Positions 46,223 to 60,109 of a DNA stretch of 64,000 nt are shown piece by piece. The position numbers were made by a program, and so were the translations under genes. The notes beneath the pieces are model-generated. The model saw nothing but the letters and a program-made list of their open reading frames with translations, was not told the DNA's origin and ran no database searches. Position 1 is the stretch's first letter, and each line of letters opens with the position of its first letter. The stretch is taken from contig OY740799.1 of NCBI GenBank assembly GCA_963514005.1, forward strand, positions 12,834,001 to 12,898,000. The letters are read 5' to 3'. The stretch comes from Raja brachyura (lineage: Eukaryota).

Positions 46223-47754
46223 AAGATATGCCTGAAAGGTCACTTTCAAAATCTGGTGAGTTTGATTTTGTTCTATTTACAAACCAATGGAACAAGAATA
46301 AATAGTGAGAAATGGACTCATGGTAGAATTGGCTGGTTCAAAGGAGACGGTTATTGTCATTCACTTTTGGGAGAAAGGGCCCTCAAAACCAGCCTAGTTG
46401 GATGGGCTATATTGGTGTATATTTGTATTGGTGCATATTTGTGTATGTGTATATGTATATATTTGATTTATGGGACAAAAGGTACCTTTATATATTGACA
46501 GAGAATAGGCAAAGTGAAATTGAACCTTACTTCCTGTATCTGTGGAGCTAATTTGAATAATTTTGTACTCAGGCGTGCACTTCAGACGTTGAATAAAAAG
46601 CCTATTTTGGGAAATGTAAATAGGTCTTTGTTAATATTTTAACCGCGCTATTTCTGACCTGAGCATTCTCAAGGTTAATATTGGTCTTAAGAAGAGTCTC
46701 ATTTTGCTCAGTACAAAAACTCAATTATAAAAATAAAATCCAAAAAGACTTGAAACATTCAGCGGGTCAGGTAGGTCTTTGCACTGATGCAGTCTGGATT
46801 GCTGCATGTTTCCAGCATTCTCTGTTTATATTTTGGATTACCATTTGTATTTTTTAACGCAAGCTGACATGCTCAGTCTTAATCTCTTTTTATATTATTA
46901 AATATAACACTTTTTGACCTTCTTTCACATTCTTATGCTTTTATCACGAAGAAAGTAAAGCTAGATTGCATAATGTACAATCGCACTGTAAACAGTTTAT
47001 AAAAGGAAACATTTCACTGTAATATTTTATTATGGATAATCAAATTAACAAACAAATTCAAATAAAAATATAAACATTTTGTGTTTCATAATGATGGTGT
47101 AGAAATAAGTTTCTAGACAATATATTTCAAAACCATGTTCTTAAATACATTTATCAATAGTTTATGTTTTAATTTCCTTATTTTTCTAAGTTCTTCACTC
47201 ATGAAGTTTCAAAATTTTAATCTCTAACAGTTGCACATAATTTCCAGAATTTACTCATGTAAATCTGCCCAAGTCAATGAAAACAAGAGATCTCCAAAAT
47301 CCGAAAAGTTAATGGATTTTTTTGTCCCCCTAAGGACAACACGTTTCGTTTCATGCAGTTGTTGACATCCACATTTATTTGCCCCCAAAGCTGTATTTGT
47401 ATTATAAATTAATCGGTAATTAGAATGACTGATTTGAGTTAGAAAGGAAAGCAGCAATAGGTGGTTGATGGTGAGTGCAGAATCACTGAGCCGAAGGGCC
47501 TCTTTTTGTGTACTAAGTCTCTATGACTCTACTGAAATTGTTTATCCAGACTACAGTTTTTTCATTGGGATGAACAATGAGGGTGAAGCTTACAGTTTAT
47601 GAAAATGTATTATTTGCAACTTTCACCACATGCACATTCCTGTCATGTGGTGTGACTTAATCACTGGAATCAAATCTAGCAGATGGCATGCTTTGGTTCA
47701 TTTCTGATATTGGAAGTTCTAGACTAACAGGATGGAACTAATAAGTAATGTATA

Positions 47755-49347
47755 CAGTGGCTTGCAAAAGTATTCATACCCCTTGAACTTTTCCACGTTT
47801 TGTCACGTTACAACTACAAACGTAAATGTATTTTATTGGGATTTTATTTGATAGACCAACACAAAGTGGTGCATAATTGTGAAGTGGAAGGAAAATGATA
47901 CATGGTTTCCAAATTTTATTTCAAATGAAAAACTGAAAAGTGTGGCGTGCAAAAGTATTCAGCCCCCCTGAGTCAATACTTTGTAGAACCACCTTTCGCT
48001 GCAATTACAGCTGCAAGTCTTTTGGGGTATGTCTTTACCAGCTTTGCACATCTAGAGACTGAAATTTTTGCCCATTCTTCTTTGCAAAATAGCTCAAGCT
48101 CAGTCATATTGGATGGAGAGCATCTGTGAACAGCAATTTTCAAGTCTTGGCAGAGATTCTCAATTGGATTTAGGTCTGGACTTTGACTGGGCCATTCTAA
48201 CACATGAATATGCTTTGATCTAAACCATTCCATTGTAGCTCTGGCTGTATGTTTAGGGTCGTTGTCCTGCTGGAAGGTGAACCTCCGCCCCAGTCTCAAG
48301 TCTTTTGCAGGTTTTCTTCCAAGATTGCCCTGTATTTGGCTCCATCCATCTTCCCATCTGACCAACTTCCCTGTCCCTGCTGAAGAAAAGCATTCCCACA
48401 GCATGAAGCTGCCACCACCATGTTGCACAGTGGGGATGGTGTGTTCAGGGTGATGTGCAGTGTTAGTTTTCCGCCACACATAGAGTTTTGTATTTAGGCC
48501 AAAAACTTAATTTTGGTCTCATCAGACCAGAGCACCTTCCTCCACATGTTTGCTGTGTCCCCCACATGGCTTGTGGCAAACTGCAAACGGGGCTTCTTAT
48601 GGCTTTGTTTCAACAATGGCTTTCTTCTTGCCACTCTTCCATAAAGGCTCGATTTATGGAGTGCACGACTAATAGTTGTCCTGTGGACAAATTCTCCCAC
48701 CTGAGCTGTGGATCTCTGCAGCTCCTCCAGAGTTACCATGGGCCTCTTGGCTGTTTCTTTGATCAATGCTTTCCTTGCCCAGCCTGTCAGTTTAGGTGGA
48801 CGGCCATATCTTGGTAGGCTTGCAGTTGTGCCATACTCTTTCCATTTTCGGATGATGCATTGAACAGTGCTCAGTGAGATGTTCAAAGCTTGGGATATTT
48901 TTTATAACCTAACCCTGCTTTAAACTTCTCCACAACTTTATCCCTAACCTGTCTGTTGTGTTCCTTGGGCTTCATGATGCTGTTTGTTCACTAATGTTCT
49001 CTTACAAACCTCTGAGGCCTTCACAGAACAGCTGTATTTATACTGAGATTAGATTACACACGTAGACTCTATTTACTAATTAGGTGACTTCTGAAGGCAA
49101 TTGGTTGCACTGAATTTTATTTAGGGGTATCAGAGTAAAGGGGGCTGAATACGTTTGCATGCCACACTTTTCAGTTTTTTATTTGTAAAAACATTTGAAA
49201 ACCATGTATCATTTTCCTTCCAGTTCACAATTATGCGCCACTTTGTGTTGGTCTATCACATAAAATCCCAATACATTTACATTTGTGGTTGTGACGTGAC
49301 AAAATGTGGAAAAGCTCAAGGGGTATAAAAACTCGTGCAAGCCACTG
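47755..49347 (-). mobile_element. Full-length Tc1-family transposon (IR/DR type, DD34E), 1593 bp
   Basis: TA|CAGTGGCTTGCA...TGCAAGCCACTG|TA termini and ~210-bp TIRs with inner direct repeats (TGCAAAAGTATTCA at both ends of the left TIR). Confidence 0.95.
47973..48975 (-). pseudogene. Tc1 transposase, frameshifted
   Basis: MKPKEH...GLGYKK / NISLSTVQ...GRPPKL...VLWSDETK / ...QQDNDPKHT...WPSQSPDLNPIE. There are 34 residues between the second D and E. At least three frameshifts (~48900, ~48490, ~48360). Confidence 0.93.
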
Positions 49348-49899
49348 TAGGTTAAATAGGTGCTATGCAGGTGAAATCTTATTTGCAGATGATCTGTGTA
49401 TTTGATAGGCCTCAATTCTATTTCCCTACCTTCTCCCGTCTACTTGGGATTTGGTCCATTCAACATAGGGAAAAAAATGTTAAAATCAATTTTGTCACTT
49501 CCTTTTATAAAAATCTTCATTGGGTTAACTTGCTGCTTTGCATTATTCAATGAAAGCAAATGCCCAATTATTTTTCCCTAACTCTGCTAATCTGTTTTCC
49601 CAAAACACAAGTCCCTGATTCCTAAAAATACCTTTGTCATCTCTGTCTATTCCCTTTGCCAGAAGTGTCCTTTCTCTGACTTGCTGACCTGCAATTTCTT
49701 AATGTTCCATCCTAATCAGGAGAGATGAGAGTCGGATCCTGTAAAAAAAAGAACAGATCAAAACAGCAGCAGTCCCTCAGGGTAAACAAATGATTTTACT
49801 GGAGGGAGGTGTGTGTCCAGACTTGCCTTGCCATCTTGTTTGCATGATCACATGCCACGACTCACTTAATTTCCTGTTTATCAATCGTGTTCGTCTTCC

Positions 49900-50305
49900 A
49901 GTCTCATGTATCTGCCATGCTGTGTACCTATCTCATCACCATGCACCCTCCCAAATCCTGTGATTTCCCCTCCCCCACCCCTCCCAGTGTACACATCTAA
50001 GTCCAGTGTATCCTTCAGCAAGGTTCCTCACCATGCTGGTGTACCCCTCCAACCCCACGTATTCCTCCGAGTTAGGTATTCCCATCCAATATGTAGCCCT
50101 CCTACTCCTGTTTACCCCTCCCAGTCTAATGTACCCCTCCCAGCTGTGTTCTCATTACTGTGTCATGTAACATCCCCAGCCACGTTTTTACCCTTCCAGC
50201 CGGTAAGTCCTCCTAAGCCCAGTGTTACACTCCTAGCCTCATGTACAGTACCATTCCCAGCACAGCATACCTCTCCCAGCCTTAGGTACCCTACTAGAAT
50301 TCCCT
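49900..50305. repeat. Degenerate C-rich tandem repeat (about GTACCCCTCCCAG units)
   Basis: Repeated CCCTCCCAG/TGTACCC motifs. Confidence 0.55.
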
Positions 50306-50914
50306 AAGGGTAAACATGATTTGGCTGGAGGGAAGGTATGTGTTCTGATTTGTCTTGCATTAGCACCTGTAGAAACAAGGAACTGCACATACTGGCTTTA
50401 AAAAAACCCACAAAGTGCTCCATAGTCTGAAGAAGGAATTCAACATGAAATATTGCCTATCCATGTTCTCAAGGGATGCTGCCTGACTTGCCTGATTACT
50501 CCAGCACTTATGTCTTTTTTATGCACTTTTGCCTGCCTAGCATGTATTCTCAGCTCCCTGTATCTTGCACATTCAGTGTGCTCCATTTCAAACTGAAAAA
50601 TACATTTACCTGGTGCTTTTTTGTAGAGAAAAATGTGTCGGTATACATATCAATTAAAAATTAAGCTATATTCAGCAATTTTTTTTCTGTCGTATACCCA
50701 ACATTTAGGACACTTTAACTTGTAACGAAATAACTGATCTCTAAATTGAAAAAAAAAATTGAATTCATTCATCTGCGTTATGCATTAATTAAGCATGATT
50801 ATAAACATGCATTTCACATTATAAACATGCATTAGATACCAGGAAATATAATCACAAAAAAGACCACAGAGTATACTCACCGGTTCCCCTTTATCCACAG
50901 AATATTTTTTTCTT

Positions 50915-51095
50915 CAAATAACTCTCTTGGAGTTAGATTTAGCTCTTGGAGCTAAGGGAACCAAGGGATATGGGGAAAAAGACGGAACGGTGTACTGATT
51001 TTGGATGATCAGCCATGATCATATTGAATGGTGGTGCTGCTCAAAGGGCCGAATGGCCTACTCCTGCACCTATTTTCTATGTGTCTATGTTTCTA
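50915..51095 (+). mobile_element. CR1 3' tail fragment
   Basis: GGATATGGGG...GATCAGCCATGATC...CTCCTGCACCTATTTTCTATG. Confidence 0.82.
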
Positions 51096-51559
51096 ATAAT
51101 TTGGTTGAAGATGATTTTCCTTTCACAAAATAATGTTGACCGTGTTTAATTATCTGGCCCTGCTTGTAAGTTTTCCTGTGAAAGATGTTAAGCTAATTGG
51201 CATGTGGTTTACTGGTTTTGGTCTCTAGCACTTTGCAGCATCCAACACTTTGTGCCTCAGTGTTTTGTAATTATTATCCATGACTTGCATGATGGTACTG
51301 AAAGTTTGCTGCTAAATTTCTTGATGACACAGTTTTAGGTAGGAGTAGTGGGTATACCAGCTGCCAGCGGAGGTAGTTGAGGCAGGTACTGTAACAATAT
51401 CTAAAAGACATTTGGACAGGTACATGGGACGGAAAGGTTTAGAAGGATATGGGGCAAACACAGGCAGGTGGAACTAGTGTAGGAACATCTTGGTCGGCAT
51501 GAGCGAATTGAGCCAAGCGGCTTGTTTTTGCGTTGACTCTATGATTCTATGACTGTTTT

Positions 51560-53160
51560 TACAGACTATGACTGACTCTCATCCTTGCTGTTGTACTCAA
51601 AACCTCTTGCAACGAGGGATTCACCTGCATGTATGCTCGCAGAGACTGGTATGCAGGACACCCAGATCCCTTTTTACTTCAGTTCCAAATCTACTACCTG
51701 TTAAATAATGCTCGGTTTTTCTGTGTATTATTTGCAAAGTGAACAACTTCACATTTATCTGTATTATACTGCATTTGCCCACTGATTCAATTTACCTAAT
51801 GTTTAAGAAAGAACTGCAGATTCTGGAAAAAATCGAAGGTAGACAAAAATGCCGGAGAAACTCAGTGGGTGAGGCAGCATCTATGGAGCGAAGGAATAGG
51901 TGACGTTTTGGGACAAGATCCTTCTTCAATTTACCTAAATCATCTTGAAGCCACTTTGCCCCTTCCTTACAACTCACAATCCGACACAATTTTGTGTCGT
52001 CAGCAAATTTAGAAATATTACAATTGGTTCCCTCATCTAAATCATTGCTAAATATTGTGAATAGGTGAAGCCTCAAACACTGATACTGTGGCACTCCAGA
52101 ATCACTGCCCACTACCCCAAAAAAGACCTATTGTATTTATTCCTTCTCACAGTTAACTCTGTATCAACCCATCTTCAATCTAGATTACCTCCATTCCTAC
52201 CAACTTTAACTTTGCGTAGCAGCCATAATCATAGTCATACAGTGTGGAAACAGGTCCTTCAGCCCAACTTGCCCAAACCAGCCAACATGTCCCCTCTACA
52301 CTAGTTTCACCTGCCTGCGTTTGGCACATATCTCTCTAAACCTGTCATATCCATGTACCTGTCTAAATATTCCTTAAACGTTGTGATAGTAGCTGCCTCG
52401 ACTGACTCCTCTGGAGTTAGTTGAGGCATACACCATACACCTACCATCCTTTGTGTGAAAAAGTTACCCCTCCTATTAAATCTTCTCCCCCCCTCACCTT
52501 AAACCTATGTCCCCTGGTTCTCGATTCCCCCACTCAGGGCAAGATACTCTGTGCATTTACCCGATCTATTCCTCTCATGATTTTATAGCCTTCTATGTAC
52601 CACATTACTGAATGCCATCTGAAAATCCAATGTGCCATTTTCACCGATTTATCCTTTTCTATTCTACCAGTTACACCCCAAAGCAAACCAATTGGTTTGC
52701 AAATCCAATTTGCCTGAATCCACAATGACAGTCTAATCCTGTTGATAGTTTCCAAGTATCCAGTTATCATTTTATTTGTAATATGCTGGCAATTTTCATA
52801 CAGTCGATATCAAGCTAAACAACCCTTCGTAACACATTGACATTCTATTTGCCAACCTCCAATCTGCAGAAAGCATTCCATAATCTACAAAATTTTAGAA
52901 GGTGATCATCAGTGCACCCACTATATCCATAGCTGACTCTTTTATTTCTCAAAGGTGCTGACTATCAGACCCAGGGGATTCTATGGTATTCTATCCCATT
53001 AACCAGTTCAGCACTATGTTTTAACAACTACTAAATTCCTTTCACTCTTCCATTTGAATATACTCTTTGTTGCCTCCCATTTCTAGGAGGTTATTTATGT
53101 CTTCTTCCAAGCAGATGGATTGAAAGTATTTGTTTAATTGCTCCGCCACATATGATTGTA
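51560..53160 (-). mobile_element. Cluster of old CR1 RT fragments, with a younger CR1 tail and a Penelope-derived insert (51800-51928, TSD ATTTACCTAA)
   Basis: GVPQ...LFTIFSNDLDEGTNCNISKFADDTKL (track ORF 51792-52112). TTCAATTTACCTAA at 51786-51799 and 51925-51938. Confidence 0.75.
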
Positions 53161-53394
53161 GGGAACCTATATTTGTCTTGCCAAGATCCTGAAACATGAA
53201 TAAAAAAACACCAAACTGAACATGTACACACTGATCTGATCATGAATAAACACATGAAACTCTGACACATCTGAAGATATACATTTTCTTATATCCAAAA
53301 GTAAGTTGGTATTTTACAGACCACCGGTACACTTAAATTCATATATTGATTGATATAACATTATAGGATCACATCCATACCACACAAACATTTA

Positions 53395-53440
53395 CTCACA
53401 CACACATGCACAGAGAGTAAGAGAGAGAGAGAGAGAGAGA
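53395..53440. repeat. (CA)n/(GA)n microsatellite
   Basis: Directly visible. Confidence 0.85.
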
Positions 53441-54179
53441 TTGGAGAGAGTCCATCGTTGTCACTTAACTGGCATTGCAATGTTTAAGAAGTTTGCTATT
53501 GTTAATCCCCTACCACTCCCAGCAGCAGTCAGTCAGCTGCAGATGAAACTATCAAGGAGATGTTTAACAAGCTAGCAGCAGGTCATGCTAGAGTGTTCCC
53601 CTAACAACAAGCTAGGGAGTTGAGAGAGACGGAATAACACCAGGTGAGAGGTGGGGGAGTGCAGCAGCTGTTTATATGTCCGTGGAACAGCACTCACACA
53701 AAATGAGACACTCTATAATAAGATTTGAAAATTTTAATCATTTATTTATACTTAATTCAGAAAATTCTATCAATTAGGAAATGTTCCCAGGCTCATCTGT
53801 CTCTCTCTTTCTGATTTTATTAAGTATCTAGAAAATTTTCAGACTTCAAAATTGTCTGATCAGATCGTGTTCAGAATAAAGAGCGACACAAGAGACTGCA
53901 AATGTTGGAATATTGAGCAAAAAATAAACTGCTGGAGGAACTGAGCGGTCAAGCAGCATCTGTGGAGGGAAATAGACAGGGGAGGTCATTAGTGCGCTTT
54001 GCTTTGAAGAGGCAGTTAAAGGTCAAATATGTTGTGGATCTGGCATTGCACTGAGTATCGACTAACGATGGCAGATTTACTTTCCTAAAGAACAATAGTG
54101 AACTGGAAACAGTTTTACCACAATCCAGTGGTTTGATGTTCACCACTGATACTGGCTTTTTGTTTGAGATTTATTTAAA

Positions 54180-54572
54180 GACAATAGACAATAGGTGCAG
54201 GAGTAGGCCATTTGGCCCTTCGAGCCAGCACCATTGAATGTGATCATGGCTGATCATCCACAATCAGTACCCCATTCCTGCATTCTCCCCATATCCCCTG
54301 ACAGTCCAAGCCAACCAGCGATCCCCGCACATTAAAACTATCCTACACACACCAGGGACAATTTACATTTATACCAAGCCAATTAACCTACAAACCTGTA
54401 CATCTTTGGAGTGTGCGAGGGAACCGAAGATCTTGGCAGAAAACTCACGCGGTCATGGGGAGAATGTACAAATTCTGTGCAGACAACACCCATAGTCGGG
54501 ATTGAACCCAGGTCTCCAGTGCTGCAGGGGTTGTAGGGCAGCAACTTTACCACTGCGCCACCGTGCCACCCT
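54180..54572 (-). mobile_element. CR1 tail fragment joined to a V-SINE
   Basis: CAATAGA repeats plus CR1 3' UTR (54180-54300); reverse-complement SINE head at 54480-54572. Confidence 0.78.
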
Positions 54573-57367
54573 GCAAAAATGCAAAAATTCTCCACACATT
54601 GCATGGTGACATTTCTCCTCATTCTTCTAACTGATCTACCACATACTGAGATTGCGATCCTTGGATCTAAACTCCTCAGCCTCCTCAATCATTAAGAGGC
54701 CTTTCTATATCCATCCTGTCAAGGCCTCTTAATGATTTAGATGAAATCTCCTTTCATTCTTCTAAATATCTGAAAATAAAACCCTCTTCATATAACAAGC
54801 TTGACATCCCAAGAATCAGTCTGGTGAATCTTCACAGAACTCTGTGAAAATCCAAATACACCACATCCCCTACTTCATGGTTATTTACAGTATTTCCCCA
54901 TCCTTATTCTCAAAGAACTATAGTAGATTGGTTAAATGTTATTTTCATTTAATAATTAATTGAATTTATGAATTTTTGGTTTGATATTTATCGTGTCAAG
55001 ACTGACAAGATTGACCTTTGGGAGTTTGATACATTACACATTTTAGCCCAGCATTTTTGCGGGGCTGATACATTGGCAGCTGACATGCTGGGGTCCGATG
55101 TAGTATGTTGACAGAATGAACATTTGTGGAAGAATCCAAAACAAGAAATATGAAATTTGGCTCTATGATGCTATTGCCTTTTTGCTTTAAAGAGAAAGCA
55201 TTTGAATAGTTTATATATATTGACTGAAGACAAATAATTTCACTTACAAAATTAATACAACATATTAATATTATCATGGCATCTATGACTAAACAATGCA
55301 AAGGGCTTTCAGGTTCTAACCCCTCAAGCAGCAATGGAAAGATGACCTTACTCCATGGCCTTTCTCTATAGAACATGTGGGTAGCAGTTCCGTGTAGTCC
55401 TGGACCTTGGAATATGCACGTCTGCAACATTTGCTTGTGGACAGCTTTGGAAGTTCAGCAAGTTTCAGGGGGACCAAATTATATTCTTACAGCAACAACT
55501 GATGTTTGTGTCAGTGTGTGTTGCTGGGAACAGCTCATTGAGCGCAGAGTCTCAACTGAACAAGATGGACCATGACAGAGACCATTGTTTTAGTTTCCAC
55601 ATTTTCTTGGGAAATGCAGATTGCCAAAGGAGAAGGACGCTAACCTCACCCCCACTTCAACTGGCTCGCAGGAAGCAAACAATAGTGCTGAGATTTTAAC
55701 AATACATGAAGGATCTCTACATTGGGACTTTTTAGATTATGATCTTTAGATTAAGTGGAAAACAGCTCAATACAGCACCAGTGTAAGTGCACCATGTTCA
55801 GTAATACTGAGAGCATTTCATACCGAGGATATTTATATTGTTGAGTGGTAGTACTGCTCCCATGACCCATTTTCCACTTCAACTTGGCTGTGCTTCACCT
55901 GGTTACGGATGGCTGCCCTTCCCCCTCCAAGCTATCCGCCCAGCTCTTTCAGGTAATTGGACCTGATGATGAAGAGAGAAAATAATCAAACTGGTTGCAA
56001 GTGCTCATCAATCTGCGTTTCGACAGAGAACTGAAAACAGCAACATTATCCATGTTCATGGAGGCTTTGAACCGGGCCCCTCTGCTACCTGGGAATGTCT
56101 CCCATTTTATACCCAGATCATCGGTGAAGGCAAAAGGCTTGATACATCATGGAACAAGACAGAGAGCAGCCATGCAATAGATTTGATCAGGAAAATTTCA
56201 ATTAATTAGCACTGCCTCATTGAAGAGCAGTAATAAAATTGCAGTTTCTCTCCCACTTTGGAGAGCAAATTAATCATGTGTGTGCGCATGTGCATGTGTG
56301 ATGATATTCTGCCAAAGACTGTCTACTCATCAAGTTGATTAGAGAAGCACCATACATCTGCCTATGTGAAACTGATTGTATCCTTGAATAGCACAAAGCT
56401 GTCAAACGTCTCCTGGCCAAGTACCCTACACGTTGATCCAGGTGAATCAGCAGTTCCACTTGGCCCTGACCTTACATAAAATTTTGTCAACCATATTATG
56501 CAGTAGATTGCCAGTTTCTGAATTATTCGGTCTTTGTCTTCTCCGTGAATTCTGTCATGCTGCCAACTAGAAACACAACACTATAGACAATCAGCAGGTT
56601 TGAGTGGAATTACTCTCACAGAGCCAAGTTCACTAAGCCAAGGAGCCACTGCGTGCAGTGATTTTACTTTTCTTGAGGAAACGGATCTTGTCAGCTCATC
56701 GCTTATCAACAACAAGAAGGAAGAAGTTGTGAGAAGAAGGAAAACAAAGAGGAACAAAACAAGGAGGAAGAGGTAGGGAGATTGCAAAGTCAGGAGCCCT
56801 TTCAGGTTGGGGATTTGGGAGAGATTGATGACATTGAGATTTAAATAAAATGAATCTAATTTCAATTTCCTCAGGGAATAAGCAGCATGCCTGCAAAGAG
56901 AGAGATTTGTACAATATTTCAGCCTGAGCTGATCATGCCAATTAGCATGTAACAGCAAAGACATCAGTGGTGAAATCTTAAATGCCATTATCCTGAGAGA
57001 CGACAATAAGTACATGCTCCACTCTTTTGCTAGTAAGTCCTGTCAACTTGTGATGCCCTACAGTAGATCCTGGTTCGAGGCTGAAATCTACAACATGAAA
57101 AGTGTTTACGTCAGTGTTACGAGTGACAGGGTGCCTTCTTAATCATTCGGTTGCTGCCTAGCCAGCTGGAAGTTCCCAATGTTCTGAAGAAGAAATAGAG
57201 AAAAGCAGAGATGAGGTACAGTGAAGTCCAAACCTCCATCACCTGCAGTTTCTAAATTAGAACTGTTGTTGGGTGTAGGAAGTGAGGGGGAGGGTAAGAT
57301 GTAAACACACTGTCACTTTCAATGGCCCCTGACAGGTGCTGGACACCAACTCTATGAGGCTACTGCA

Positions 57368-57650
57368 ATAATAGACAATAGGTGCAGGAGTAGGCCATTC
57401 AGCCCTTCGAGCCAGCACCGCCATTCAATGTGACCATGGCTCATCATCCACAATCATTACCCCGTTCTTGCCTTCTCCCCATATCTCCTGACTCTGCTAT
57501 CTTTAAGAGCTCTATCTAACACTCTCTTGAAAGCATCCAGAGAACCGGCCTCCACCGCCTTCTGAGGCAGAGAATTCCACAGACTCACGACTCTCTCTGT
57601 GAAAATGTTTTTCTTCATCTTTGTTCTAAATGGCTTACCCCTTATTCTGG
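57368..57650 (-). mobile_element. CR1 3' fragment
   Basis: Reverse complement of the CR1 3' end seen at 14450-14755. Confidence 0.85.
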
Positions 57651-57803
57651 GTCTACCCCTTATTAATGGCTAGCATTCTGTCTGCTGGTGGTACAGGTAT
57701 GGTGTAGGAAGGAACTGCAGATGCTGGTTTAAACCGAAGATTGACACGAAAAGCTGGAGTAACTCAGTGGGACAGGTAGCATCTCTGCAGAGAAGGAATG
57801 GGT

Positions 57804-57831
57804 GACGTTTCGGATTGAGACCCTTCTTCAG
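57804..57831 (-). ncRNA. Minimal hammerhead motif variant inside a short Penelope-derived element (~57703-57835)
   Basis: CUGAAGA-A-GGGU-CUCA-AUCC-GAAAC-GUC; stem II is kept through a G-U wobble. Confidence 0.6.
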
Positions 57832-59628
57832 ACTGGCATGGATTGATTAGATAAAGATAGAATGGATTTGCTAAAGGCAAATCATGATTAACTAACTTGG
57901 GAAGAATTTTTGATTACAGAGGGGATCAAGGAGGGAAATAAAGTAGTGCACGGGTTTTCATGCACCACGAAAAAGCCATATAACAGACCCAGATTAAAAG
58001 GCACGGAATAAAATGGCCTAAAGCAACATGGATTGATATTTGACTAAGTAAACGGAAACAGACAGTGCAATGGATGGTTGTTTATCACACTGGGGGCATT
58101 TGCAAAGTGGTATTCCCCAGGGCCAATAACATATCTTGATATGTATAAGTGACTTTGACTTGGGAGTACAAGACTCAATTTCCACAGGATATAAAACCCA
58201 GAGGTGAAATGAACAGGGAGGATACTGTTGGATTTCAAGGAGACATGATGGAATGTGTGCGGTCTAATTCTGGTCTTTGTCAAATTTTACATTTTCATAG
58301 ACTGAGAGGATGCAGTGTAAGCCTAAGGTCGTGTTTTTAATGGGATTTGGGAACAGTCAGACATGGGAGAGTGACAGGGGACTAAGTGGTTATAAAAGGA
58401 TATTTCATGCTTGATTTTATAAACAGAAGAATACAAAACATGAGGAAGGGATTCATGGCCAATCTTTGAAAAATATGGGTTGGCTGCAAATAAAACATAC
58501 TCCAAGCACAGGAACAGGTATTTCGCACTAAAGGGCTTTAGTTATGTGGATGGAGAAGCTGGGATTGTTTTCCCTGCAACAGAAAATGTTGAGAGAAAAT
58601 CTGATTTAAAATCATGAAGAATTTTGAAATGGGAGAGAGAGAAACACTTCTGCGTATCAGCCGGACAGGTCAAGAAATGGGGAAGGCGATCAGTAAAGTA
58701 AATAACATGGGAAAATATTTACACGTGATTTGGATCTGGAATTTACTGTCTGGTGCAGTCCTGGAGGCAGATTCAACTCGCACCTATAGACCGATGTAAG
58801 TATCTTAAAATAAAGAGTTTGCAGGATTATGGGGAGAGAGCAGGGAGGTAGAACATGATGGCCCAAAAGGCTTCCTTCTGAACTATAAATGCCTGGAAGT
58901 TCAGTAAACATTGATCGTTTATGGCCTAATAATGCCTTTAAGAGTCATGCTGTTTACATATCTCACTGAGCTTTGACTTGCGGACCACTAATCTGCAACT
59001 AATCAGCAGATTTGGTCTGACACTGTATCATCTTCTACTTCTGAGAAGAAGCAGACTGATGCACCACTGTGCCTCAGCTACGCTTAAAAGTATGTTCTCA
59101 GGAACAAGGACTTGCTATAATCTAAATATCCCACGTACCCCCACAAACATGTTTAACCTTCAATTTGTGTTATAGCAGTGAAAAGTGAAATTTATAGAAG
59201 ATATTAGTGTTGCTGAAGTATTGCAATATTGAGTGACGCAAAGCATTTGGAATACAAGCAGGAGGAAGTTGTTCAACTCTGCCATTTGAAATGAGATCAT
59301 GGCTGATCTTTCATCTCAGTGCCATATTCCCATGCTAACCTCATATTCCATGATTCCCTCACAGTTTTTAAATCTATTGATTGTCCACAGCCCCCTTTTT
59401 TAATAAAGGGAAACAAACCATTTACCTTCCTAATAGTTTGTTGTACCTGTATAATAACTTTAAATAATTAATGTATGGGAATGCCGAGGTCCCTCCGACA
59501 ATAACATCTTTCAAACTCACCATTTAAAAAATGCTTTAGGGCCATTCTTTGGAAAGTGAACCAAAATGTTACACACGTGATCAGATGTCATCATATAAAC
59601 TAGACCAAAATGCTGGAGAAACTCCAGA

Positions 59629-59656
59629 CTGAAGAAGGGTCTCGACCCGAAACGTT
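59629..59656 (+). ncRNA. Minimal type I hammerhead ribozyme motif inside a Penelope-derived element (~59600-59755)
   Basis: CUGAAGAAGGGUCUCGACCCGAAACGUU; 24-bp near-perfect inverted arms (59601-59624 and 59697-59720). Confidence 0.75.
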
Positions 59657-60109
59657 GCCTATTTCCTTCGCTCCATAGATGCTGCCTCACCCACTGAGTT
59701 TCTCCAGCATTTTTGTCTACCTTCGATTTTCCAGCATTTGCAGTTCCTTCTTAAGCATCACAGAAAGTAATACGTTAAAGAATTCTTGTAAGAGATTAAT
59801 CTTATTCATTGCTATTTCCCTACCTAAAGAACTTTGATTTAAAAAAAAAATTCACATAGTTTGTAAGGCTGAGTTATGAAAGAAATGCTTGCGTGTGAGG
59901 TCACACACATGACCAGTCATATTTGACCTCTGCCTCTAAACAAACATTGTGAGCATAACATTAAAAGTTCACTTGATAAACGGAAAAAAATATGAATCAT
60001 ATATACAGTACAAAACAATGTACCTGTAATGCTTTCCGAATTAGAAATGTATTCCACAATTTTTCATATTTTTGGTCACACAAGTGAATAAGAATCTTCC
60101 TTTTTTTTC

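Noticed and set aside
56581-57015. 144-aa minus-strand ORF with a hydrophobic stretch as a HILPDA/G0S2-like neighbour of IMPDH1
   Set aside because: The hydrophobicity comes from the complement of a purine-rich low-complexity tract. It lacks the LY(V/L)LG motif and has no supporting splice or promoter context.
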